From Eledone cirrhosa (lineage: Eukaryota): DNA of 64,000 bases. The stretch covers positions 14,508,001-14,572,000 of the forward strand of contig OZ024750.1 of assembly GCA_964016885.1 (NCBI GenBank). Direction: 5' to 3'. Within the stretch, counting starts at the first letter, position 1. Every line of letters begins with the position of its first letter. Positions 11,437-24,835 of the stretch are shown in pieces. Under the pieces are notes generated by a model. It was not told where the DNA came from, ran no database searches, and saw only the letters and a program-made list of their open reading frames with translations. The translations under genes were made by a program, and so were the position numbers.

Positions 11437-13769
11437 CCCATATATGGTTGGCTTGCTGGCTGACTTATGCATACATTTTATATTTGGTTTTTCCACTTAC
11501 TGCGTTATTTGCAATTTTGTTGAAGATCATGCTTGAAATTCATAATAGCTTGGGAATATGTTCTAAATAGATTAGGTGTAGCAGTAAATCTATTTTTATG
11601 ACATGGGTTATTACAAAATCACCAACAGAAATATGCTATTTGATTTTATGTTGACAGAGGCACAACTTGGGTTAACTTTTAACCTCTGTGTTGCATGAAA
11701 CTATATTAGCAAGACTTTCGTGAAAAGTACCAAACATTTTAACTGCAGCACATAAATTATATTAAGTTTGCTCCAAATTACAACACTCTCCATTATCATC
11801 ATACGATCTGAGTTCAAATCCCGCCGAGGTTGACTTTGCCTTTCATCCTTACGGGGTCGATAAAATAAAGTACCAGTAATGCACTGGGTAATTGCTGGCC
11901 TTGTGCCTAAAGTAGAAACAATTATCATCATCATCTTTCCAGCATAGAGTTACCGCCCTTGCCATTCTGAGTTCAAATCCCGCCCAGGTTAACTTTGCCT
12001 TTCATCCTTACGGGGTCGATAAAATAAAGTACCAGTAATGCACTGGGTCATTGCTGGCCTTGTGCCAAAAGTAGAAACAATTATCATCATCATCATTGTT
12101 TAGCATTTAAACTGGCCATATCCGGCCGGAATTCCCTCAACTCTTTCTGTTCAAACCAGCCATAACCGGCTGCTCATTCTTACGTTAAGGTATTCTTCTC
12201 AAAATGAATAATATCAAAATCTCGTAGATTCGATATGATGTGAGATAATTATGTAAGATAAAGTGTTTACCATGAAAATAAAATAGTATATATATAGAGA
12301 GAGGGAAATGTAAATGCTAAAGTGTTAACACTGCTGAAGAGTTCTTCTGACCCTTTGTTTGGTTGGTTTTCTATAGCTGGATGCCCTTCCTATTACAATC
12401 CACTTTACAGAATGTACTGGGTGTATTTATCATGTAAGTCAGCAACACTAAGGAGGTTAGCTGAAAAGTTCTCCTATTTGACAAGTTTTCTACTGTTAGA
12501 TGTCTTTCCTATCATCAACCAATTTTCAGAGTGTATGTATTTATCGTGTAGCTTTTCTAAAATATTTGAATTAACAAACCTATATTTTAGATATTTTCTG
12601 CTAAATCACTAAAGGATGTTATGAGGATGAAAAGGCTTAGCATCATTTGAACAAATCCCTCCTAAATATCTTTTCCTAAGCATCCAGTCCACCCTGTAAG
12701 GTGGTCATGGTGGTGATACTGACACGAGAAAAAGCACCCAGTTCACACTGTAAGGTGGTCATGGTGGTGACACGGCAAAAAGCACCCAGTTCACACTGTA
12801 AGGTGGTCATACTGGTGACACTGACACGAGAAAAAGCACCCAGTTCACACTGTAAGGTGGTCATGGTGGTGACACGGCAAAAAGCACCCAGTTCACACTG
12901 TAAAGTGGTCATGCTGGTGACACGGTAAAAAGCACCCAGTTCACACTGTAAAGTGGTCATGCTGGTGACACGGTAAAAAGCACCCAGTCCACACTGTAAT
13001 GTAGTTGCTGTTAGGACAGGCATCCAACCATAGAAACCAAGCCAAAATACAGACCTGTATGAGTAAAACATGGTCTCATAATATGACAACCTGTCTAATT
13101 GATGCAAGTATGAAAAATAGACGTTAAACGATGATGATGACAATGACGTATTATTATTGATGGGCGGTGAATTGGCAGTATCGGTAGAGGGTTGGACGCC
13201 ATACTTTCTAGCATAGTTACGTCCCTTTACGGTTTAAGTTCAAATCCCGTCGAGGTTAACTTTGCCTTTCATCCTTACAGGGTCGATAAAATAAAGTACC
13301 AGTAATGCACTGCCTTGTGCCAAAAGTAGAAACAATTATTATTGATGGGCTGACATCATCAGCTTCTCCATCTCCTGTAGAGCTACTGTTTTATCATGTG
13401 ATTCTCTGTACTAATGGTTATAACTGGTCAACATCATACATTTCTCTGTTAGGAGTTCAGTTGTCAGATTAGATTACGGAAATCAATGTTTTCATTGTTC
13501 TTTCAATTGCCATTCACAATTGCTGACAAAAGAAGCAACATTAACTCAAGAACACAACAGTCCATTCTAGGAATCAAACCTACAACCTTAGGAACTGTTA
13601 CTACACTGTTAAATAGTACAACATAATGAGTAGGACAACACCACCACCACCACCACCAACAACAACAATAACAACATCTGAAAAGGAATTCGGAAAACCA
13701 TATAGATATAAGCAAAGTTTATCTTTTGTGGAATTTAAAGCTTTCTAAACAATCTTTTATTTTGTTCTT

Positions 13770-13814
<45 letters not shown>

Positions 13815-16459
13815 GTAATAATGATAAATGATATATATATGTGTGTGTAATAAACAATTTTCAAAAAGCCAGGGCAAATGATGACAAACAAAAAAAAAAC
13901 AAAGTAATGTTTTGCCCAGTGTATTTCAATATGATATTTCAGGGCTACCACCCTCTTTTCAAATGTGTAGCTGAAACAGTTCAAAACAAAATGAACGATC
14001 ATGTGTTCTTCCTTAACTGGCCTGCATGTCTGCAATATGTATGTGTGAAGTTGTTATAATGGTAACAGCTGTGGTAGTGGCAGGCATGGATGTTAGAGCT
14101 GTCATCCAGTTCACCTGATATGCTGTTCTACAAAAGTTGGCTTCTATGTCAAGCTTTATTTTCTGTGTAACATTGACCTACGATGAATTTTGGTTCACAA
14201 CTTAGTAGTTCAAATTCCTCACTTGTTAGGAAACCAGATAAGTCAGTTACATATGGTTTGTTTGTATTTTCGTTGGTAGTAGTTCTATTGTGGTTGTTGT
14301 AATTTCTGTTCGAACGTTGGTCTCTGGTGTTGAATGTGTTATTGTTGGTATCATAGTAATCTCGTAACCATAGCTGTTGTAATGTTTATCTGCAATCCAT
14401 TGGGCAGTTTTTTTTTTTTACTGCAAATTGGTTATGATAGCATACGTTGTATGCTATCATATAGCATCTTGTCGTGTAGTTTAAAATGGCGAAGAAGCTT
14501 AGCTTGTTGAGTAGATATAGTTACTTTGTGTTGGTTGGCTTCTTTATGTAATTGTTTGAGTAGTTGTCTTTTCAATGAAGAGGTGTATAAAGAAATGTGA
14601 TGAATTGAAACTATTTAGGTCAAAGCATTAAGGTAGGTGTATGTTCCTTATAATGTTAGGAATGATGTGTTTTAGATCTGATCAACTTCTTTTTAGTTAG
14701 ATGGATTGTCACATACTGAAGTTAGACCAGTTTCATGACCACATCTTGCTCATACATTCTGTTTTGGCTTGGTTTCTACAGCTGGGTGCTCTTTCTAACT
14801 CCAGTTGTTTTACAGTGTGTACTTGGAGCATTTTATCTTGTATATGTAATAATTAATTCATACATGATTTTTTTCCATGACAACTTAATAGTTTATTCAT
14901 TAAAGATAACTTACTGCATCAAAGTATCATGGATCCATTTTTTGTTTGTTATGAATGAACTTAATTCTGGACTTGTTGTAACAACATAACTGAGATAGAA
15001 AATGTATAAATGGTCAGGCCACATTTATGCCGGTAGTTGGGTCTTCATCAGCACTGTAATGTGCTAACCTTCGTAGTCCTATGTCATCTGTGCTGTGAGG
15101 TTTAGCTCAAGGTCGGTCTACACAACCGCGTCCCAAATATTCCTGGATCTGCCTCTTGCACAGGTCCCAGCCACTGGAATTTCTCTGCATTTCTTTATGC
15201 AGCTGCCATTTTCCATGTGCTTCACATGCTCATACCAATGCAGTCTTCTCTCTTGCACACTACATCCACTTCAACTTATGTCTAGTTTTTTTCTCAGTTC
15301 TCTAATGCTACATCGTTCATGTACACCAACATTACACATCCATCAGAACATACTCGCTTTCTAGCCTTTGCAGGTCTTTTGCAGTCAAGGCTCATGTTTC
15401 ATTGCCATGTAGCATTAAAGTTTGCACACAGTCATCATACAGTCTACCCTTCATTCTGAGGGATAAGCCCTTTGTTGTGAGCAGAGGTACCAGCTCCCTA
15501 AATTTCTTCCAGCTTGTTCTTATCCTGGCTATCACAATTTCAGAGCATCCTTCCTCCACTGCTGATCAAATAACCTAGGTAACAAAGGCTGTCAACAACT
15601 TCTAAAGAGCCTCCCTGACAACTGAGGATATTTATTTCACATGTGCTCTTAGTACTTATTTCTCCTGTGCATCTACTTCATACAAAGTCTATCTTTTCTG
15701 TTAACCTGCCTGCAATCCCACTACATCTCTGGTACATCCATACACTTATGGAATTTCTGGTCACACTTTTCTGACGTACTGAACAAAGCCACTTCCCTAA
15801 TGGCATCAGCTGCCTGTTCTCTTTCCTACTTTCATTTTTGCTAAGTTTACTTTTAGGCTTTTAAACACTAAGTTTCTCTTCCATGCTTGAAATTTTATCT
15901 TTAACTCTCCCATAGATTCACCTGTGAAGACTAGGTCATCAGCATATAAGAGCTCCTGTGGAGTGTCAGTTTTAAACTCCTCAATGATGGTCTGAAGGAC
16001 AATGATAAACAGGAGTGGACTGAGGACTGAGCCATGGTGGACTCCCACCTGCACTTCAAATTCATCACTATACTCATTTTCAACTTTCCCTTTGCTGGTT
16101 GCTCCTTTATACATGGCCTGCATGGCCCTCACAAGCCATTCATCTACACCTAGCTTCATAAGTGCCCATCTGATTGCAGAGTGTGGTGGGACCCTGTTGA
16201 TATAACCGATTTTTAACCTTCTATTACTAAACTGCTACAAGACAAGGCCTTGGACTTCAACCATACCTTTTGATCTATCAGTGACCAAGATCTAGACCTG
16301 ATTTACCACACACAAAGAACGCTTCTGTTCAACAATGTCATCGCTTGGGTAAAAAAATCAGACCAGGAGGATTCATTCAACATCTCGAAGAGTCACATTC
16401 GTGCCTCACATTTTTTAACATTCCATCAAGCGATGGTAATACTCGAACATGAGTTTGTA

Positions 16460-16509
<50 letters not shown>

Positions 16510-17824
16510 GGAGTGTAACTTGGATTGGAGTTACTGTAGGTTCCTCCGGGTGAACACTCGATGTTTAGGTTCACTTCATTGTCGAGGTGTAGAGCTATAC
16601 AGGGTGTATTATAATGAAATAAGATAACAAGGACGATTGGTTAGTCCTATATATATATATATATATAATCGTTTAACGATTATCTTCCACTATATGTATA
16701 TGCATATACACACACAACCCACGTTACCGTGGAAAATAGACGTTAAACGATGATGATGGTATATGTATGAACACAATGCTCTTTGTATATAGGGCCTGTG
16801 TTCTTACAGCCTTACAGGTTTCATCAGCATTATATCAGACATATCCTGAACATCAAGTGGTCTTCTTACACACCGGATGCTGCTGTACTTGAGAAAGAGG
16901 ACAGCACCAGTATTGAGAAGAGGATGATATGACAAGCCAAACGTAGTTGTAATATCATAAGAAAGGTTCAGTGCCTCCATTTTTGTACTAAGTGAAGAGG
17001 TCAGGATTATATATTTTATCTTCAAGTGTGTACCCACAGATTTCCTGATGGCAACTTTTATGAAAGACGTCCAGTTGGTTGATGTGTGACCCATATGGAG
17101 TCCAAGATCCTGATCTATATAAGAGTGTGGTCAGTACAACAATACAACCTCTCATTTGAAAGGATAATGGAACTTGCCAAATGCAATTGAGGCTTTCCTT
17201 ATACAATTGATTATCTTGTCATTGAGCTATGCATTTGAGTTCATACTACTGACAAGGTGTGTGTGAATGATTTCTCATACTTGAGATTCTTCCTGTCGAC
17301 CTTTATAGGGGTGTCTGGGAACTGGTGGTTTGGGCATAGAGCATGGCTGGTGGATCACCTCTGTTTTCTTTATGATGATAGTAAACCTGTTGTTTTACTT
17401 GCAACAGAAAAACAGTTTATGTGATCCTGAACTTTCTCTAAAGATGTTTCTACAAGTGCAGCAGCACTGAAAAGAATAGTGCAAAACAAACTGGAGCCAT
17501 GTCACAGCCTTGTCTTGTGCCATTTGTCACATCAAAGGAACCCAACAACTCTTCATCAGATAAAACAGCAGCTTTCATCTATTCATGGCAGGAGACAATG
17601 ATGTTAAGCATCTTGTCAGGCATACCAAGCTTCTTTAGAACTTTCCAGAACGCTTGCTGATTTACAGCGACAATGGCCTTGGGTAACACACTCATACGCA
17701 CACACATTTTTCTGTATTTATTTCTATATATTATATTATATACTAGCAGAATGGCCTGGCGTTGCTCGGGATTTGCTCTAGGGTTCTTATATATTTGATA
17801 TATATTTATCCTTATCGAGCCTCG

Positions 17825-17856
<32 letters not shown>

Positions 17857-17968
17857 TAACAGATTAAAGTTTAAGCAAAGAATCACTGCTTTCACCCTTA
17901 ATGGGATCTTCTGAAACTAAAAAAATCAATCTGTGAACGCAGAAGTAAATATTTCGAAAAACGTTACA

Positions 17969-18017
<49 letters not shown>

Positions 18018-21000
18018 ATATATATACATATACACACACACACAGACAGCGACGTCATAATGTAATGCAGACAACCAGACATACAGACAGATATTATAAG
18101 GGCACAACGTTATATCTATGTATCTATCTAAAAAGAAAGACTAAGATTTATAGAGAGAGATCGCTAAATCGCCTAATGCGGTCCGTAGGGCATAAGTATT
18201 ACATGTGTAAAGTTTGAAAACAATCGGTTGGGTGGTTCTCGAGTTTTAGGGAGTCAGACAGACAGACATTCTCTGTTTTAGATATATAGATATCATCATA
18301 ATCATCATCGTTTAACGTCTATCTTCCACGCTAGCATGGGTTAGACAGGAGTTCCAATTTAAGGCAAGGTTGGTCGGGTGACCGTGTCTCGCTCATATAT
18401 ATATATATATATACACACACACATACATTGTCAAAAGCCTTGAGTAGATCAATGATACCATATATGGCTACCGATTTCTCTCGTTGACCTTCACAATATC
18501 TTCCTATGTACACACACTCATGTATATCATGACTCCTGCACTATTCATCCTGACATTTGTATCTTATTCTATAAACCCATACTAGCGTGGAAGATAGACA
18601 TTAAACGATGATGATGATGATGATGATACATGCACCTTTGACGAGTTGTAGTGCACCTGAGCACTGTACACAATAATTTCATTATTATTATTATTATATA
18701 CATATACACATCCACACACACAGAGTGAGAGAGAGAGATAGACAATGTTTTTGGTAGTGAATAATAACTTTTTGCATGCATGAAAACACTTTAGAACCTT
18801 TGCTTCCCGCCTCTTATATTTATCTCCATATTCTAGAACGTTTTTGTGCAATTGTATCATATGTCATAGATGAACAAAAGATTGTGTGCATTTATTAGAT
18901 AAGGGTGTAGATATTTTCATATTTTAAATGGTGTTGTTTTGAAAGAGTTTCTACTAATTCAGCTTGTTAGTTGATATTTCTTCCTTATTTGGACTTTTAA
19001 AAAATTTTCTATCCTTTTTTTATTGGTTTCATTGTTTTTGTTTAGTTGGAAGTCAGTTTTGATTAACCAACCCTATGTCTGAAAGGCTTTCTAGAAGTGA
19101 TCATTCAAATATTGTATATCAAGAGACTACATTGCATTTTCTCACACATCTAACATTATACAAGCTGATAGACTTTGATTTGAGGGAGATTTGGCAGCTA
19201 TTTCTAGCAGTTCAAAATAACTTCAAAAATGTTCTCGCACGTTTACCTATCTTGTTGTCTAGCTCTGGAAATGTAAGAAAAAAATTGATTGTAAAATTCT
19301 GTTTTATATTTTATATTGAATGTTATACAAACCTTCCCTATATATATATATATTTTTTCTTATGTCTGCTTTTTCCTGCTTGCAAGGGTGGGACGGGAAC
19401 TGATTCTGGCTTGATTTCTACAGCTGGATGCCCTTCGTAACACCAACCTCATTTACAGTGAGTGCTGGGGGCTTTTTTGCCGTGGCACCTCCACGACCAC
19501 TTTGCAGTGGAATGATAGGGAACCCAGTCCCTATCATCTCATTTCTACAACTGAGTAAACTGGAGCAATGTGAAATAAAGTGTCTTGCTCAAGGAAACAA
19601 CACATCACCCGGTCTGAGAATTGAACTCACAACCTTTCGATTGCAAGGCCAATGCTCTAACCACTAAGCCATGTGCCTCCATGTATATATACACACACAT
19701 ATGGTCAGTTTAAATGCTAAAGGGTTAAAGGATGACTAAGTTTTATTTTCAAAATTACTTTTCAAGTCATTTTGTAATGTTGTTAAGTGATTTCACACAA
19801 GCTTTTTGTTGTTGTTGCAGTGTCTTTATAATCAGCACAATAGACGGCAGAGTTCAGGCTTTTGATGTAAAGAACAATGGAAAAATCTTATGGAGTGTCC
19901 AGGCTGATTCTCAACCATTACTATCATCTAGTATCAGTAAGTTGGAGGTGAGTTAAACTAAATCGACAAATATGCTTTTTTTTTCAAAAGAGTTATTTTA
20001 TTTTAGTATCAATACAATAGTTTTGTTTAGAAGATATATTTGTTAACCCTTTAGCATTTACATTTCTCTATATTTACTATTATATTTTCACTCTAAACAC
20101 TTTATTTTACATAATTACCTCATATAATATCAAATCTACGAGATTTTGGTATTATTTATTTTGAGATCAATACCTTAACATAAGTATGAGAAGCTTGTTA
20201 CAGTCAATTTGAACAGAAAGTAGTGAGATAATTCTCTCCGGATACGGCCTGTTTAAATGTAACAAAAGACCAAAGCAACATTATTTCATATCGATGTAAG
20301 ATATTTCTATGTTTGTATTCACTGGCTATTATAATATTGGACTGTTTTGATTTCCACAAGAGTGATTAAAAACAGATCTCCTTATTCATCAATATAGGCA
20401 AGTATCTTCTACCAAAACCTCAGATCAACCAAAGCCTTATCAGTGAAATTTAGTTGACAGAAACTCTCTGGAAGTCGTTAGAATATTCTTGTTCTCGGGT
20501 AGTAGACAATCCTTTCATTACCACATTTCTAATGAAACATATTGTTTATTATTTTCAAATCATTTTTTAAATAATCAAGAATTTGGAAGAATTTAGTACT
20601 GTAACTAAATTTCTCATTATTAAGTTGAATGTTTCTACATAAAATTATGATGGAAAAGTGATGGTGCCACAAAAAACCCAAGCAAGACACAGTCTAGCCT
20701 AAAAAAATGATAACTTGCCTAACTGATGCAAATATGGAAAATAGACATAAAATAGTGGTGATGATGATAATGATAAACACTTTCAAATAAATAGCTTTGT
20801 ATTGTAAAACCACTGGTAGTTTCAGGCAGCTTTGTATCAAGAGGATTAAACCATCACCTGGTTTAATAACACCACCTAACTCAAGCATTTGGACAAGGTC
20901 TTCTTTCTCATGCCAGCCTCAGAAGTTCGGAAATGAGCCATGGATTCTGTCCATCTTCTGGTGTGCCATTAGAAAATTAGAAAAAAAATTGATACAGAAA

Positions 21001-24000
21001 AGAGAAAGCAGACCAAGGCTGCCTGGATTTCACCTCTGTATCTGTTGATTACCGCAAGACTCTGTTACCTATTATACTACAGAACATTCCTTTTTTTTAC
21101 ATCATTTGCTTAAACATTTTTTTCGGCTAATTGAATTTCTCTCCTCCTCCTCCATCCTGGGAAGGTCATGGGGGCAGAGTCTTCAAACACTCATAACAGG
21201 TCCTGTCAGAAGCAACCATCTCCAATTGATCCAACTGGTTTCCCTGTGCTATTTTTATCTCTACAAGATAATTAGTCAGTAATTAATTTACAAGATAATT
21301 AACATAGGTTAAATTCCACATATATTACATACATGCTTACACATCCAACATAATAAGGTGTTTCACCCAGATTCAGTGTTTGTATGTATGAAGCCCTTAC
21401 TCTTGGTTGAGTTGTAGGGATACTGTAGTGATATACATGGCTTTTCTTGGTCATTTAAAACCTAGTGGCATCCATCCCTCTCCAGGCCTGAACAAAGTCA
21501 ATATCTTCCAGAAATGAAGAGAGAGTGATAGAAAAGAAGTGAGAAAGAGATATACATGAAGAATCGACCCTAGTACTTTATTTATTAACCTTGAAATGAT
21601 GAAAGGCAAAGTTGACCTTGGCAGGATTTGAACTCAGTGTGTCAACTAACAAAAAAGGGAGAGAATGGTGCACGAGGACTGAACCGAAGGGGAAAATATA
21701 TAGAAAATTGAGAAATAGAAAATCAGAAAAGAATAACATGGACTATAGTCCAATGAACAGACAAAGAAGAATGTCACTGAGGTGTAGAAAAGGTAAGAAG
21801 GAAGAATAGAGGAAGACAGACCAGGCGGTGTGATATCTATTATATGATAGTTTTGCCAGCTGATCTGAAACCAATGTTACTACATAGTATTTAATATTAT
21901 TGTTGACGGTGGATTGGCAGTATTGGTAGAGTGGGACACCATGCTTTGCAGCATAGAGTTACGGTCCTTTATGGTCTGAGTTCAAATCCCACTGAGGTTA
22001 ACTTTGCTTTTCATCCTTACGGGGTCAATAAAATAAAGCACCAGTAACGTACTAGGGTTGATTTAATCGACTTTCCCCTCCCCTAATATTACTGGCCTTG
22101 TGCCTATACTAGAAATCAATATTATTGTTGACTGGTGAATTGATCTGTGTTATAGCAATTTGAAGACTCAGAAACATGTTATTATTTTTCGGTGTACCAG
22201 TGTTTGTAATGTTAGATTAATCATAAAACATAAAAACAGACCAGAGCAAAGTATATGAGTTCTAGATTTTACTAGAAATTCTATTTGTTGTTATTATGTT
22301 TGTACACTATCAGTTCAAGGTCAACTTTGTCTTTCATCTATTTTAGGTTGATAAAAACGTAGCAGTCTAGTACTGGAATTGATTCTTCCTCTATATCTCT
22401 TTCTTACATTCTTTCTACCACACTCTCTCTCCTTCTCTGGAAGACATCTGCTGTATATCAAACTTGGAGAGGGATGGGCTCTGTCAGGTCTTTTCAAAAA
22501 AAGGCCCTAGAAAAGCTGTATATCAATATGGTACCCCTATGACTCCCTCAGGAGTTATAGAACCATACCATACACCAGAAGTTCTCAAACCTTTTGAGTA
22601 ACGGCCGCATAATACCCTCAGCACCTCCCACCCCTATTTCTAGAGAGACCTGCCTACATGTGCAAATTGTAAATAATATATAAGTGCACTCAGCACTCAC
22701 TGTAAATGAGGTTGGTGTTAGGAAGGGCATCCAGCTGTAGAAATCAAGCCAAAATCAGTTCCCATATGAGCAAGACAAGGTCACCCGACCTGGCACTGCC
22801 CACAACAGGACAACTCATCCAACCCATGCTAGCATGGAAGAATGGACGTAAAACGGTGATGATGATGAAATAAAATGGTCGATTTATATATATGTATCAT
22901 TTGATATTTAATATATATCATCTCTACCACCCATTCACCGCTGCCTTAGACCCTAGCGCCCCCTGGACCTTCTCAAAGCCTGTAGTGCCATCTTTGAGAA
23001 CCTCTGCCCTACACTAGTCGTAGGCAGCCAATTGGTAGAACAGTTAGAATGTTAGATAGAAGGCACTATTCATTGCAGTTCTCTGTGCTCTATGAGTTCA
23101 AATCTTTGTCACGGTCAACTTTAACTTACATCTTTTCAAGGTCAATAAAATAAGTAGAAGTGCTGAATAGGGGTTCATTCTTCCTCTGAATCTGCTGTTC
23201 TATATAATGTATGCTAATGTTCCATTTCTATGTAATATATGCCAGTGACCCATATACTAAAGGGTTAACTAGTGACCCATATACTAAAGAGTTAACTAGT
23301 GACCCATATACCAAAGAGTTAACTAGTGACCCATATACCAAAGAGTTAACTAGTGACCTATATATTAAAGGGTTAACTAGTGTCCTATATACTAAAGAGT
23401 TAACTAGTGACCCATATACTAAAGGGTTAACTAGTGACCCATATACTAAAGGTTTAACTAGTGACTCATATACTAAAGGATCATATAGTGATGTATATAC
23501 TAAAGGGTCAACTGGTGACCCATATACTAAAGGGTTAACTAGTAACACATATATTAAAGGGTTAAATAGGAGCCATAAACTACAAGGAGACCACAAAAAC
23601 ACTCCTTGATTTCAAATACTTATAATATGAAAACTTAAATGAATATTCTTACAATATTGGTGGCTACAGTTGCATAAACTACAAAGTTTCATGTGGTATC
23701 GGTTGAAATCATAGACACTTGATGTGTGCCCCTTTTGTTGCTTGGAAAACATCATTGCAATAATCAAGCTCGTTTTGATATTATAAGCATTTAAAATCAA
23801 GGAGTGTTTTTGTGGTCACCTTGTAAATTTCAACAACACTTTTGAAACAAAATAATAATAATAATAATAATGAAATTATTGTGTACAGTGCTCAGGTAGA
23901 CTACAATTCATCAAAGGTGCATGTATAGTACATAGAATAATGTTCAAATGTCAGGAAAATGAACAGTGTATGAGTCATAAAATAAATGTGTGTGTGTATA

Positions 24001-24552
24001 TGGAGGGGGGACATCAGGGGTAGTGTTGGCGAATTTCAGGAAGCATGGAGGTTTTAAAGGATGCAGTGTCTCGGCAGCTAACAACTGATGCAGGGAGTTT
24101 GTTCCATGCTTCAGCAACTCTGAATGTGAAAAAATGTTTCCAAAAGTCATATATTAGCAATTGATATAATATTGATTTGATTTGATTTGGTTTTGTTTTA
24201 CAGCTGTCAAAGGATGGAGTTAAAACCCGATTAATTCCTTCTCTTGATGGAGGTTTATATCAAGATGATGGCACCCACATTGAACCACTTCCTATTTCAA
24301 CTGAAACCCTTCTCAGTTCTACATTCCGAATTGACGATGATACTATGATGATAGGAGGGAAAACTATCCGAAACTATGGTGTTGATATGAATTCTGGACA
24401 AGTAATTAGTTTTAGAATTTTCTAGAATGTTCACAAAAATACTTTTTATTTAAAATTTTATTTTGGCTTTTATCAGGTTTTATTTCTTTATCTTTCTATC
24501 TTTAAACTTATTTAATTCTTCTTCTTCCTCCTCCTACCACCACCACCACCAT

Positions 24553-24597
<45 letters not shown>

Positions 24598-24662
24598 TGC
24601 TACTACTACTACTACTACTGCTACTACCACCACTACTTCTACTACTACTGCTACCACCACCA

Positions 24663-24742
<80 letters not shown>

Positions 24743-24774
24743 ACCGCCGCCACCACCACAACCACCACCACCAT

Positions 24775-24835
<61 letters not shown>

